Below, in pieces: positions 17,134 through 27,435 of a DNA stretch of 57,314 nucleotides. Where the stretch lies: the IMG/VR virus record IMGVR_UViG_3300020438_000044, positions 1 to 57,314 of that record; one strand, written 5' to 3'. Each line of letters starts with the position of its first letter. Position 1 is the first letter of the stretch. The translations under genes and the position numbers were made by a program. The DNA is from a virus (taxonomy: Duplodnaviria; Caudoviricetes). The notes beneath the pieces are model-generated. The model made no database searches. It was not told the origin of the DNA and saw only the letters and a program-made list of their open reading frames with translations.

Positions 17134-19068
17134 ATGGCTGATAAAACTGAACCAAGAAATTATAGAAGTGCTGATTATGTTCCTCCTCATAATGATGGGG
17201 TTATAGTTGACCTATCCGAATTTGCAGAACGTATCGTAGCATATGATGACATCTCATCTGACCTAACCGAAGAACAGGAAAGAAAGATTGTAGACTATGT
17301 TAAGTCAATGACTGACATGTCCTACAACAAAATCAGAAACAGGTACGACCACTGGAAAGAAGCAGACAGAGCGCATGACGTCTACGTAAAGCCTGGCACA
17401 ACAGACTTCAGAGAGAAAGCAGTCATTGCAGATACTCGTGCAATAGCAGACACAGTATTAACATACCTCATGGCAGCACTGGGTGGACGTAACCCAATGT
17501 TCCAACTTGAAGGTCTAAACAGAAAGTCTCGACAAGCATCACTCATACTTGAACGTGTCTTACACCAACAGATGAGACGTACAGCAGGCGAAGCACGTCT
17601 TGCACAGATGCTACTCGACAGCATACGATATGGTTTCGCACCAACCAAAGTCGTATGGAACGCAAAGACAAATCAAAACCAGATGATTAACTTTGACCCA
17701 CGCAGAGTATTCCCAGACCCACGTGTCAACTTTGGCGATTGGGAAAACATGCAGTTCGTAGTATTTGCAGACTACGTATCGTACAACTCAATACTCTACA
17801 GTGGTCTATATCCAAAGCTACGTAAGTTCCCAGAATTACGTAAGAAGATGTCGCCACCAAGAAACGCATGGAACGCACATCACTGGCATAAGGAACAGGG
17901 CAGAGGACTTTCAATCGACCCTGCAACAGCCAACCAACGTGAGAGAAAAGACCACGCCTACTTTACACTGGGCGACTCACGTGTACTTGATGAAGCTTGG
18001 GTACGTTTATCTGGACATGAAATTGGAATACCAACCATAGACCAAATCTATCTGGTCATAACAATCCTAGACGAGAACGTAGTTATACGTTTCCAACTGA
18101 ACCCATACGGCAGACAGATGCCTGTAGTTATTGGTGGTCTTTACCAAGACTCCCACAAAACTTATGGGCAGTCTCTCTACGATTTAATTTTACCTATGCA
18201 CGATATAGCAACCTACTTATTGCGTAGCCGTATCGACAACATATCAGCAGCCCTTAACAATCTTATATTCGTTGACCCTACACAAGTGTCTGTACCAGAC
18301 CTTGTGGACAGAAATCCTTGGGGTGTCGTTCGAACTCTGCCAGGCTCTAAGCCAGGTGATGGCGTATTCATAGCGCAAGTTCCAGACGTCACACGTGGAC
18401 ACTTCAGCGATATAAGTGCTATGTCAGAACTCAAACAACGTGTATCAGCAGCGTCTGATGCACAACAAGGTATACCGACACCAGACGTTAGAACAGCCAC
18501 AGAGATACAACGTCTGACCCAACTCGGTTCACAGCGTCTAGGTGTACTAGCACGTATCATGTCAGCAACAACAATGCGTCCTATGGTTCGTATGATGGTT
18601 TCTAATATACAAGATGCCCTTGCTCTTTCTGGTTCTGTCAAGCTTGAGAAAGAAAACATGCCGTCACAATTAGAGGGTATGGTAGAAGATGGATACATGG
18701 ATTTTGATGTATCTAAAGACCTTCAAGGGGACATTGACTATCTAGTAATAGACGGCACTCTTCCCCTTGAACCCACACGCAACGCAGAAACCTGGATGAA
18801 CATGCTACAGATAATGAACCAGACAGGCTTAACAATGGAATACAATGCAGGACAAATCGCAGAGGAAGCCATACGTGCAATGGGAATAACAGACCTAGAC
18901 AGGTTCAGAGTAAACCAAGAGCAAATGAATAAACAAGGTCCGACCCCATCACAGCAAATGCAAATCATGGAGAAGATGCGTGGCGCATCTGTCAAGTCTG
19001 GCGAGGACGTCAACAGAGAAGTAGAACGTGGAAACCTCGTTCCAATGAGAGGTGGTCAAGGTGGATAG
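17134..19068 (+). CDS. Portal protein (podovirus-type)
   Basis: Follows TerL; 644 aa; RTATEI motif; Q-rich C-terminus. Confidence 0.88.
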   Translation: MADKTEPRNYRSADYVPPHNDGVIVDLSEFAERIVAYDDISSDLTEEQERKIVDYVKSMTDMSYNKIRNRYDHWKEADRAHDVYVKPGTTDFREKAVIADTRAIADTVLTYLMAALGGRNPMFQLEGLNRKSRQASLILERVLHQQMRRTAGEARLAQMLLDSIRYGFAPTKVVWNAKTNQNQMINFDPRRVFPDPRVNFGDWENMQFVVFADYVSYNSILYSGLYPKLRKFPELRKKMSPPRNAWNAHHWHKEQGRGLSIDPATANQRERKDHAYFTLGDSRVLDEAWVRLSGHEIGIPTIDQIYLVITILDENVVIRFQLNPYGRQMPVVIGGLYQDSHKTYGQSLYDLILPMHDIATYLLRSRIDNISAALNNLIFVDPTQVSVPDLVDRNPWGVVRTLPGSKPGDGVFIAQVPDVTRGHFSDISAMSELKQRVSAASDAQQGIPTPDVRTATEIQRLTQLGSQRLGVLARIMSATTMRPMVRMMVSNIQDALALSGSVKLEKENMPSQLEGMVEDGYMDFDVSKDLQGDIDYLVIDGTLPLEPTRNAETWMNMLQIMNQTGLTMEYNAGQIAEEAIRAMGITDLDRFRVNQEQMNKQGPTPSQQMQIMEKMRGASVKSGEDVNREVERGNLVPMRGGQGG

Positions 19069-19465
19069 TGACGTTATAAATTTTGTAGAAGAAAAATTTA
19101 AAATCTTCAAAGAAGAGATGCAAAAATCTTTTGACATCAATAACGAAATAATCAAGGAGAATAAAAGCCACATAGAACATTCTATATCACAAGGTCATCA
19201 AAGAGATATTCAAATTCAAAAAATAGAAGGAAGCATAGTTCAGTATGTAAATGAAACAAGAGAGACTTTAAAAAAAGAAATCAAAGAAGAAATCAAAGAA
19301 GAGGTTAATGAAATGTTTCAACAAATTAAAAGCACGATAGATGAATGTGTTGGCAAAATTAATGAGGTTGCATTGGAACAAAGCAAAGTAACCACAGCAG
19401 AAAAATATTCACTTACAAAATCAAAACTGATAAGATTGATGAAAGATATGGGATATTATAAATAA
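19052..19465 (+). CDS. Coiled-coil hypothetical protein
   Basis: Operon packing; TAATG coupling to the next gene. Confidence 0.7.
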   Translation: MVKVDSDVINFVEEKFKIFKEEMQKSFDINNEIIKENKSHIEHSISQGHQRDIQIQKIEGSIVQYVNETRETLKKEIKEEIKEEVNEMFQQIKSTIDECVGKINEVALEQSKVTTAEKYSLTKSKLIRLMKDMGYYK

Positions 19466-21810
19466 TGGCTATAACTAGACCTACTGGCGAACAACTTCGA
19501 TTTCTTTCTGCTAACACAGGCGAACACATTCTCGACACCTACATGGAAGCAGCAGAAATAGGTGGTCGCCAACTCTCTGACCTTCTTGATGACCTATTCG
19601 ACCCTGCTAACAGTGGTACATTCCGTTCAGAAAATTTTGAGTTTAGATACAATGAAACAACAAGCACCCTACAATTTAGAGCAGGCGTATTCTCAAACTC
19701 AAGTGCAAGCTTTGTAGACGTAACAAGTTTCTTTAGCGTAGAAGGAACATTCAGCACATCAACATCTTACAACAACTTTGACCTTGTAACTGTAGCCAAT
19801 AGTGACGTATACTTAGTACATGGTCTTTCATCACCTTCAACCTTCGGCTCGGAATCTGCATTCATCAGTTCGTCAAGCACGAAGAAAATTGTCGATGTAT
19901 CAGGAGCGCAAGTCCAAGCCGCAATCTCAAGCGACCACAGAGCAGACGCAGCCAAGTACGCAATCACAGCAGAAGACACCTCGTTCACCTTAACCAGTAC
20001 TAATGGTAGTACATCAGGTCTTTTCTCAGCACTTCATTATAATGCAAAGGCAAGTGCCAATGCAACAACAGCAACCACTCAGGCAGGTCTGGCAAGTGAC
20101 CAACGTGCAGACGCAGCCAAATACGCAGTAACTGCACACAACACAACATTCAGTTTAACATCTACGAATGGTGGAACATCTGGTCTTTACTCTTCCCTGC
20201 ATTACGCAACAGAATCATCTAACTCAGCAGCAACAGCGTCAGGTCACAAAGACACAGCATCAAACTTTGCAACTGCACCAACAGGAACTCTATCATCTGG
20301 TTCTGCAAAAGCTTGGGCATTAGGTGGTGGTGCATCTTTTACAATGGCAACAGCCATAGCAGGTTCTAACTTCTCGTCTAAATACTATGCAGACCAATCA
20401 AGCCAACATGCATCAACATCTTTAGGTCACGCAAACACATCAAGCACCCATAAGAATACAGCGTCTGACCATAAAGACGATGCAGGCAAATATGCAGTTA
20501 CAGCACATAATACTACATTCACATTGACATCTACAAATGGTGGCACGTCTGGATTATATTCTGCATTGCATTACGCAACAGAATCAGCCAACAGTGCAAC
20601 AGACTCAGCAACTGCTAAGACAGGAGCTGAAACTGCAAGAACTGGTGCAGAAACAGCCGAGACTGATGCACAGACAGCTCAAGCTGCCAGTGAGGCAGCT
20701 CGTGATGCAAGTGTCGTAGCAAAGACTGCATCTGAAACTGCTCGTGATGCGAGTGTTACAGCTAAGACTGCTAGTGAGACAGCTCGAGATGCTAGTGTTG
20801 TGGCAAAAAATTCTAGCGAAACAGCTCGAGATGCAAGTATAGCAGCTAAGAATTTGTCCGAAACTGCTAAAACTAACGCAGAGACTGCTGAAACAAATGC
20901 AGAGACAGCCGAAACTAACGCATCTGCCAGTGCAACAGCAGCAGCAAATAGTGCTACAGCCGCATCTAATACAGCCTCTACAATAGGCACTATAGATAGT
21001 TTATCTGATGTGACTATTACTTCAGTAGCTGATAATGAAGTAATAGCTTATGATAGTTCGTCATCAAAATTTATTAATCAAACAGCAGCCGAAGCAGGAA
21101 TAGCAACTACTGCTTATACTGATACTGCTATTAGTAATCTTGTAGATAGTTCACCTGCAGCTCTAAATACACTTAATGAATTAGCATCAGCTCTTGGTGA
21201 TGATGCAAACTTCTCAACTACAGTTACTAATTCAATCGCTACTAAGATGCCATTAGCAGGTGGCACATTTACTGGTGATGTAACTATAAGCTCTGGAACA
21301 AGTGGAGATGCTGTTTTAACAATAGAAGCTGACACTGATAATAATGATGAAAATGACCACCCAGAAATACTTTTTAAACAAGATGGTGGAATACCAGAGG
21401 GTGGGATTAAATTAGCAAATAATAAAACAGCCGTGTGGAATAGTGTTAGTACAGGTGGTGGCTTATCATTTAGAACTGGTACTGCTGATACTGGTTATAG
21501 CAATGCCACTGAAAGAATGGAAATTTCATCAATAGGAGACATAACATTAAAAGGAGCAAGCCATGATGTTGTTTGGGATACTTCAGAAAATTCTTTAGAG
21601 TTTGCTGATAATGCTAAAATTACATTTGGAAATACTCCTGACACTACAATATCAAGAGCAAGTGCTGGAGTAGTCAATATAAATTCAAATGCAATATTAA
21701 CTTCAGCAACTGGTGCTGCTATATCTCATACTCAAGCCTCTTCAACAATAACTGACTTTGCCTCGGCAGCAAGTGCTGAAGCAATCCCATTTGCAATCGC
21801 ATTAGGATAA
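19465..21810 (+). CDS. Tail fibre / virion fibre protein with internal repeats
   Basis: Three ~37-aa 'DAAKYA.TA..T.F.LTSTNG.TSGLYSALHY' repeats; 14-aa ASETARDASV repeats; PAALNTLNELASALGDD fibre motif; ends AIALG. Confidence 0.85.
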   Translation: MAITRPTGEQLRFLSANTGEHILDTYMEAAEIGGRQLSDLLDDLFDPANSGTFRSENFEFRYNETTSTLQFRAGVFSNSSASFVDVTSFFSVEGTFSTSTSYNNFDLVTVANSDVYLVHGLSSPSTFGSESAFISSSSTKKIVDVSGAQVQAAISSDHRADAAKYAITAEDTSFTLTSTNGSTSGLFSALHYNAKASANATTATTQAGLASDQRADAAKYAVTAHNTTFSLTSTNGGTSGLYSSLHYATESSNSAATASGHKDTASNFATAPTGTLSSGSAKAWALGGGASFTMATAIAGSNFSSKYYADQSSQHASTSLGHANTSSTHKNTASDHKDDAGKYAVTAHNTTFTLTSTNGGTSGLYSALHYATESANSATDSATAKTGAETARTGAETAETDAQTAQAASEAARDASVVAKTASETARDASVTAKTASETARDASVVAKNSSETARDASIAAKNLSETAKTNAETAETNAETAETNASASATAAANSATAASNTASTIGTIDSLSDVTITSVADNEVIAYDSSSSKFINQTAAEAGIATTAYTDTAISNLVDSSPAALNTLNELASALGDDANFSTTVTNSIATKMPLAGGTFTGDVTISSGTSGDAVLTIEADTDNNDENDHPEILFKQDGGIPEGGIKLANNKTAVWNSVSTGGGLSFRTGTADTGYSNATERMEISSIGDITLKGASHDVVWDTSENSLEFADNAKITFGNTPDTTISRASAGVVNINSNAILTSATGAAISHTQASSTITDFASAASAEAIPFAIALG

Positions 21811-21814
21811 TAAT

Positions 21815-22138
21815 ATGCCAAATAACTTTAAATTAAAAACTGCTCAAACTACTGCTTCTTTAGTAACCATGTACACAGCCACAAGTGTCACAACAACAGT
21901 CATTGGAATGACAATGGCTAACATTAGTGCAAGTTCGGTTACTGCAAGTGTAAAGATTGTAAAAGATGGTGGAACAGATATTTACATTATCAAAGATGCA
22001 CCCATAGCTGTTGGCAGTTCGCTAGTTGTAGTAGGTGGAAATCAAAAAGTAGTCTTAGAAGCTGACGATGCAATTCAAATTGTTTCAAGTGTAACAGCTA
22101 CTGTTGAGGTCAGTTTATCTATATTGGAGATGAGCTAA
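21815..22138 (+). CDS. Small beta-rich fibre-associated virion protein
   Basis: 107-aa beta-strand pattern (KVVLEADD); follows the AIALG-ending fibre. Confidence 0.7.
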   Translation: MPNNFKLKTAQTTASLVTMYTATSVTTTVIGMTMANISASSVTASVKIVKDGGTDIYIIKDAPIAVGSSLVVVGGNQKVVLEADDAIQIVSSVTATVEVSLSILEMS

Positions 22139-22139
22139 T

Positions 22140-22814
22140 ATGTCTTACATAGGTCAAAATACAAATAATTCTAATTTTCCAATAGATGTAGCACAACAAT
22201 CAGATTTATTAAACGATGACAATCAACATAAAAAACTACTCAGTACAATAGATGCAGCAGGAGTAGCTAATCCTATATTTTCATCTTCAGTTATTACTGA
22301 TGATTATGATTATTATGATGTTTATGTGTACGATGTAAAAGTTACTTCAAATTCAAGTAATGCATCAAATTATATTTGGTGCAGATTTAATCAAAGTGGA
22401 TCAGAAGTAACTGGTACAAAGTACATGACCAGAGGTTATCATATAGGTATGAAAAGAGGTGACACTTGGGAAACTGGTGGTTGGGCGTATACTCAACAAT
22501 ATCAAATTTATTTAGTTGGTGCTAATCAAACTGATATTGCTCTTGGTGTAGATTCACAAGCTACATTTCATGCTTGGTATAGGTTTTACAATCTGCGTAG
22601 CACAACAACTTACAAAGGTGTTAGAGAATTAGATGCTCAGTATTGGAGTTTCGATGATAATTATGGTTCACCATATTATGTACACCCATTTGGATTTTTA
22701 GATGATGGTACTTCAACTTCATACGATACAAAAGTTGATGGCATAAAATTTGGAGTTGGTTATGGAAGTCCTTTTACTCAAGGTACATTCAAATTGTATG
22801 GGTGGAAAAAATAA
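22140..22814 (+). CDS. Putative receptor-binding fibre tip protein
   Basis: MSYIG start; YDYY...GTFKLYG C-terminal pattern; aromatic-rich. Confidence 0.65.
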   Translation: MSYIGQNTNNSNFPIDVAQQSDLLNDDNQHKKLLSTIDAAGVANPIFSSSVITDDYDYYDVYVYDVKVTSNSSNASNYIWCRFNQSGSEVTGTKYMTRGYHIGMKRGDTWETGGWAYTQQYQIYLVGANQTDIALGVDSQATFHAWYRFYNLRSTTTYKGVRELDAQYWSFDDNYGSPYYVHPFGFLDDGTSTSYDTKVDGIKFGVGYGSPFTQGTFKLYGWKK

Positions 22815-23107
22815 TGAGTGAAACAATATACAAAAGTGTTGATGGTGTTAAAATTCCTCTTTCAGAAGAAGAATTAGCACAAAGAGAAATAGATATAAAA
22901 AATGATCTAGATAATTTACCGATGTTTAAATTGGAAGCTTTAAGACAGGATAGAACACCTCTGTTAGAAGAAGCTGATTATAAGATAAATACTCTTGTCG
23001 ATAATGGTGCAGATGCAACTGCTTGGAGAAAGTATAGGCAAGAATTAAGAGATATTACCAATACGTCTGATTTAGATAATGTTACTTTTCCAACTAAACC
23101 AAGTTAA
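22814..23107 (+). CDS. Tail fibre assembly chaperone-like protein
   Basis: LRQDR..LL...D...WRKYRQELRDIT...FPTKP; TAATG start at 22814. Confidence 0.8.
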   Translation: MSETIYKSVDGVKIPLSEEELAQREIDIKNDLDNLPMFKLEALRQDRTPLLEEADYKINTLVDNGADATAWRKYRQELRDITNTSDLDNVTFPTKPS

Positions 23108-23126
23108 AAGATAAGGAAAAATTAAA

Positions 23127-25160
23127 ATGAGTTACATAGGCAGAAGCTCTGACGGCTTTGGATTACTAAATAAATATCGCTGGGTTGCATCAGGTGGTGA
23201 GACTTCTATTGCTTCTACGCTTACAGACAGCAACAATAAGCAATTAAGATTTACCGATAAAAACTTAGTTACCTTATTTAAAAATGGAACAAAATTAGAC
23301 CAAACAGCCTACAATTTAAACACTGCAAATACTATTAGTGGATTAACTGCACTGTCAGCAAGTGATATTATTGAAGCTCATGTTTTCGATACTTTTTCTA
23401 TAGCAACTTTTAATACTGTTCCGACTAGTGGTGGTACTTTTACTGGTGCTGTAAACGTAAGTGGAGCTGTTACAGCTACTTCATTTTCTGGTGATGGTAG
23501 TTCTTTAACAAATCTTCCAGTTACTGGTATGCCTACTACTGGTGGTACTTTTACTAATGATGTAGTTTTTGCAACTAACACTGAATTAAAGTTTGGTAAT
23601 AGTGCAAATTTTAAGATAACCAGTAATAATACTGATGGGTCTATACTAAATTATACTGGCGATATAAAAATTGAACAGTATGCAAATGATAAAGATATAA
23701 TTCTTTCTTCTGATAATTCGTCTGGTGGTCTTGCAGAGTATATAAAGTGTGATGGTAGTACTGGTAATGTATATTTATATAACTATGGTAACTGGAGGTT
23801 TAATACCAATTCTAGTGGAGTATATGTAAATGGTGTTGCTACACTCGATGGTGACGTAACTTTTACTGGTGCTAACTATAACGTAATATGGGATAAATCA
23901 GATAATAGATTAGAAGTTGCAGATGAAGCTAAAATTTCATTTGGGAGTAGTAATGATTTAGAAATATGGCATACAAACAGTGGTAGTAATTCCCTTATTA
24001 ATGCCTATAATGGTGATTTATATATTCAAAGTCTTACAGCTGATAAAGATATACTTATACGTGCTGATGATGGGTCTGGGGGAACTTCAACTTGGATTAA
24101 GTTAGATGGTGGCACTGGCGAAATAGATATTACTGCTCCTGGGGTAGTCGATATTAATTCATCTCTTGGTGATATAAATATTGGTGCTGTAGGTGGAAAT
24201 ACTATAATTTCTGGTGATACAGGTAATATGACTCTCACTAATAATGGAACTGGTGATATATCATTAGGTAATTTTAAGTTTGATAGCGACCAAACAGTTG
24301 GTTCTGGTCAAGATAATTATGTATTAACTTATGATAATTCTACTGCAAAGATTAGTTTAGAAGCTGCATCTGGTGGGGGTATGCCTACCACTGGTGGTAC
24401 TTTCACAGGAGATGTGACTTTTTCTGGCGATAATTATAATGTCTTTTGGGATAAATCTTTAGATGATTTAAGATTTGCACATGGTGCTTCTATAGACTTA
24501 CAGACGACTTCTGGTGGTGCTGGTTTAAGATTTTATCGAAATTCTGACCACTCCTATATTATGAATTACGATGGTTCTTTTAATATATTCCAAGGTGATG
24601 CTGATAAAGATGTAATTATATATGCTGATGATAGTACTGGTGGTTTTGCTAAGTACATTCAAGCTGACGGAAGTAGTGGTGAAACACAGTTATTTCACTA
24701 TGGCTCAGAGAAACTTGCAACCAAATCTACAGGAGTAGCTATTACTGGAGTATTAACACTTGGTGGTTCATTAGATGTTAATGGTAATGAAATAAGTTCT
24801 GCTTCTAATAATAATGTTGTCGTAAATCCAAATGGTTCTGGTGTAATTCAGTTAAATGCTTCTACTACTTTACAAGATGGTTCACACAATTTTGATGTAG
24901 CAAGTCACGATGGAACAAATGGATTGTTATTAGGTGGTACTCTTGTTACTTCAAGTGCAGCTGAACTAAATAAATTAGATGGAACTTCTGTAACTTCAAC
25001 AGAACTAGATAAGTTAAATGGTTATACTGGTACTACAGCAGAACTTAATCTTTTAGATTTAGGCACAGACCAACACTTAGGTATATTTAAAATATCTACT
25101 TCTGTTCCTTCTAGTGCAAGTGACTTTACTGGAAATACTAAAATAATAATGGTGTACTAA
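23127..25160 (+). CDS. Tail fibre protein with triplicated module
   Basis: MSYIG start; G/S/T-rich; three DKD(I/V)I...DG.(T/S)G modules; AELNKLDG repeats. Confidence 0.8.
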   Translation: MSYIGRSSDGFGLLNKYRWVASGGETSIASTLTDSNNKQLRFTDKNLVTLFKNGTKLDQTAYNLNTANTISGLTALSASDIIEAHVFDTFSIATFNTVPTSGGTFTGAVNVSGAVTATSFSGDGSSLTNLPVTGMPTTGGTFTNDVVFATNTELKFGNSANFKITSNNTDGSILNYTGDIKIEQYANDKDIILSSDNSSGGLAEYIKCDGSTGNVYLYNYGNWRFNTNSSGVYVNGVATLDGDVTFTGANYNVIWDKSDNRLEVADEAKISFGSSNDLEIWHTNSGSNSLINAYNGDLYIQSLTADKDILIRADDGSGGTSTWIKLDGGTGEIDITAPGVVDINSSLGDINIGAVGGNTIISGDTGNMTLTNNGTGDISLGNFKFDSDQTVGSGQDNYVLTYDNSTAKISLEAASGGGMPTTGGTFTGDVTFSGDNYNVFWDKSLDDLRFAHGASIDLQTTSGGAGLRFYRNSDHSYIMNYDGSFNIFQGDADKDVIIYADDSTGGFAKYIQADGSSGETQLFHYGSEKLATKSTGVAITGVLTLGGSLDVNGNEISSASNNNVVVNPNGSGVIQLNASTTLQDGSHNFDVASHDGTNGLLLGGTLVTSSAAELNKLDGTSVTSTELDKLNGYTGTTAELNLLDLGTDQHLGIFKISTSVPSSASDFTGNTKIIMVY

Positions 25161-26587
25161 TGGTTCTGTCTGTACTTGATGGTTCAACAATAAGAACACC
25201 ACATAATATTTATGTATTAGATGGTTCTACTGTAAGAAGAGTAAGACAGATAAGAGCATTAGATGGCTCAACATTAAGACACCCATTTACTAAAACAGAC
25301 TTCTTTGATTTTTCTGGTACAGCTAACACACTAAATGCAGCAACAGCAGAAGTTTATACTTACACTATAGGCAATTCGACTAATAGTGGAACTCAAACAA
25401 TTTATACTGGATATCAAAGTCAACATACTGGTACACAAAATCAAACAAATAGTTATAACTGGTATTTTGGTGCAGGAAATCCAGGCTCTTCTAATGGCAC
25501 AAGTTGGACAAGAGTATTCGGAAGTCAAACACAAGGTAGATATTTAACTGGTATAAATTACTGGCCCAACGCAAGTTCAATTAGCATGAATTATACAGTA
25601 GGTGGTTATGTATATTATGCTGCTAATTTTTGTTTTGGTAACGTTGGTGTTTATAGCAGTAATGCAAATATTGCTGGTGGTGCTAACAACTGGACAACTT
25701 ATACACACTTTGTTGGTCCTACAACTTGGTCAACTAAATATCATGAACCACATGGAGGTCCATCTGTATCAGGTGGAACATCAGGTGCAAGTCCACAATA
25801 CTCATTAGTTTCTGGTTCTACTGGTGGATATGGTTATTACGGAGGAAGTTACTCTTTTAATAATAGTTCATCTGCTGGTGTAGGTGTAAGAGTTTATGCA
25901 TCTTTCTATGCAGGCTATGGTTCATCTATGCAAAGTAACGGATATATAAATGTTAATATGGTTGGCACACAATATTATACCTACTACTTAAATGGTGTTA
26001 ACCAGTCATCAACTACTGTAAATTTAGGTGCGTCATATTCTATTAGTGGTGCTGGATTTAGTGGTAGTGGTACATTTACCAATTCGAATACTGCTAGTAC
26101 ACACGCAAACACTTTGAAAGCAGGACTATCAAGTATGTTACCTAGTGGTTGGTCTGTTTTCAGAAGTGGCAATACTGTAACAGTAACTGCTCCAGCTAGT
26201 TCTGGAAATGTAAACGATATGTCAATAAGTATTTCTAATGGGAGTGGTGTTAATACTGGAACAAATCCAAGTCCAGGCAATTCTTCTATTGTAAGACCAG
26301 CATCAAATGTTAGTGGCAGTGGTTCTACAACTCAAGGTGTAAATCAAACTGGTAACTTAACTACTGCTACAGTAACAAGTGGTGGTAATTCAACTTCTGT
26401 GAACTTATCAAATGGTGCAAGTACAGATACAGCAGGAAGTGAGATAGCAAGTGCAATGAATGGTTTAGCTGATACTACTGCAACCTATGATAGTGGAACA
26501 AATAGAATGACAGTAGTTGCTCCTGGTGATACATCTGTTTCATTAAGTAATCCTAATTCTTTAAGTGTATCGAAAGTGAGTTTATAA
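25160..26587 (+). CDS. G/S/T/Y-rich virion protein (possible adhesin)
   Basis: Three LDGST repeats at the N-terminus; few charged residues. Confidence 0.7.
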   Translation: MVLSVLDGSTIRTPHNIYVLDGSTVRRVRQIRALDGSTLRHPFTKTDFFDFSGTANTLNAATAEVYTYTIGNSTNSGTQTIYTGYQSQHTGTQNQTNSYNWYFGAGNPGSSNGTSWTRVFGSQTQGRYLTGINYWPNASSISMNYTVGGYVYYAANFCFGNVGVYSSNANIAGGANNWTTYTHFVGPTTWSTKYHEPHGGPSVSGGTSGASPQYSLVSGSTGGYGYYGGSYSFNNSSSAGVGVRVYASFYAGYGSSMQSNGYINVNMVGTQYYTYYLNGVNQSSTTVNLGASYSISGAGFSGSGTFTNSNTASTHANTLKAGLSSMLPSGWSVFRSGNTVTVTAPASSGNVNDMSISISNGSGVNTGTNPSPGNSSIVRPASNVSGSGSTTQGVNQTGNLTTATVTSGGNSTSVNLSNGASTDTAGSEIASAMNGLADTTATYDSGTNRMTVVAPGDTSVSLSNPNSLSVSKVSL

Positions 26588-26787
26588 TGGCAAGAACTTG
26601 TGAATGTGGTGAAGACACAGATGCTTTATATTATTACAAATCTACTGTTGAAGGTAAGTTTGATATATGGAGTGAAGTAAAATATGATACAGACCCAGAC
26701 GGATATAAATATGACCCAATACCTTGTGGTATAAATTGTAAGAATTGGGAGAACTTTGTTGTCAAAGAGGAAGGTGTACCTTACTAA
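26587..26787 (+). CDS. Small Cys-containing hypothetical protein
   Basis: TAATG coupling at both ends. Confidence 0.65.
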   Translation: MARTCECGEDTDALYYYKSTVEGKFDIWSEVKYDTDPDGYKYDPIPCGINCKNWENFVVKEEGVPY

Positions 26788-26981
26788 TGAAACAATCTGT
26801 TGAACCAACATTAAAAGTTCAAATGAATCTGGAAGCACATGAACGTGAGTGTGCTGTTAGATACCAAGCCGTTCAAGATAAACTTGATAGCCTTGATAAA
26901 CGTATGTGGAGACTAGAAGGTATGCAAGCTGTCACAACTTTATCTATTCTTGGACTTGTAATTTCAATCGTTTTAACTTAG
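26787..26981 (+). CDS. Small coiled-coil plus TM protein (XhlA-like)
   Basis: HERECAVRY...RMWRLE followed by a C-terminal TM helix. Confidence 0.65.
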   Translation: MKQSVEPTLKVQMNLEAHERECAVRYQAVQDKLDSLDKRMWRLEGMQAVTTLSILGLVISIVLT

Positions 26982-26990
26982 GAGTATACC

Positions 26991-27116
26991 ATGGGTATGC
27001 AATTAGATACTAAAAAAGTAATAACAAAACCAATCCCTAGTAAAGTAAAAGCTTTTAGGGCAGGTAAACCTATTCTTAGAAAAAGTAAGAAGATGGGTAA
27101 ACGTCAGGGAAAATAA
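26991..27116 (+). CDS. Small basic protein (41 aa)
   Basis: AGGAG RBS; translated by hand: MGMQLDTKKVITKPIP... Confidence 0.55.
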   Translation: MGMQLDTKKVITKPIPSKVKAFRAGKPILRKSKKMGKRQGK

Positions 27117-27404
27117 TTGTCGTCTAAGTCAAGATTACAAAATCTTTCTAAACTTACAGAGTCTACTGGTTGGAAACAAATAGTAGCAGTAATGGAAGAA
27201 GAAATCGTTAAGTCTGCTATGAGTATAGCTGAAAGTCCTAAGATGGATTTAGAAGAAATTAACTTCAGACGAGGCGCAATATGGGCAGCAAAACAATTAC
27301 TCGAAATGCCCAATCGTTTAAAAATACGCTATGAGAATGAAATTGCGTTAGAAAAGGTAGACGAAAATAAAAAAAAGAGTAATATAGATATAACTGAAAC
27401 TTAA
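27117..27404 (+). CDS. Conserved-type small protein preceding the scaffold
   Basis: 95 aa; INFRRGAI motif; position. Confidence 0.65.
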   Translation: MSSKSRLQNLSKLTESTGWKQIVAVMEEEIVKSAMSIAESPKMDLEEINFRRGAIWAAKQLLEMPNRLKIRYENEIALEKVDENKKKSNIDITET

Positions 27405-27435
27405 TCTTCGCTACGGCTGAGAAAGGAAAAACCAA

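Noticed and set aside
19465-26587. Diversity-generating retroelement acting on the fibres
   Set aside because: No reverse transcriptase and no TR/VR pair with adenine-specific differences noticed
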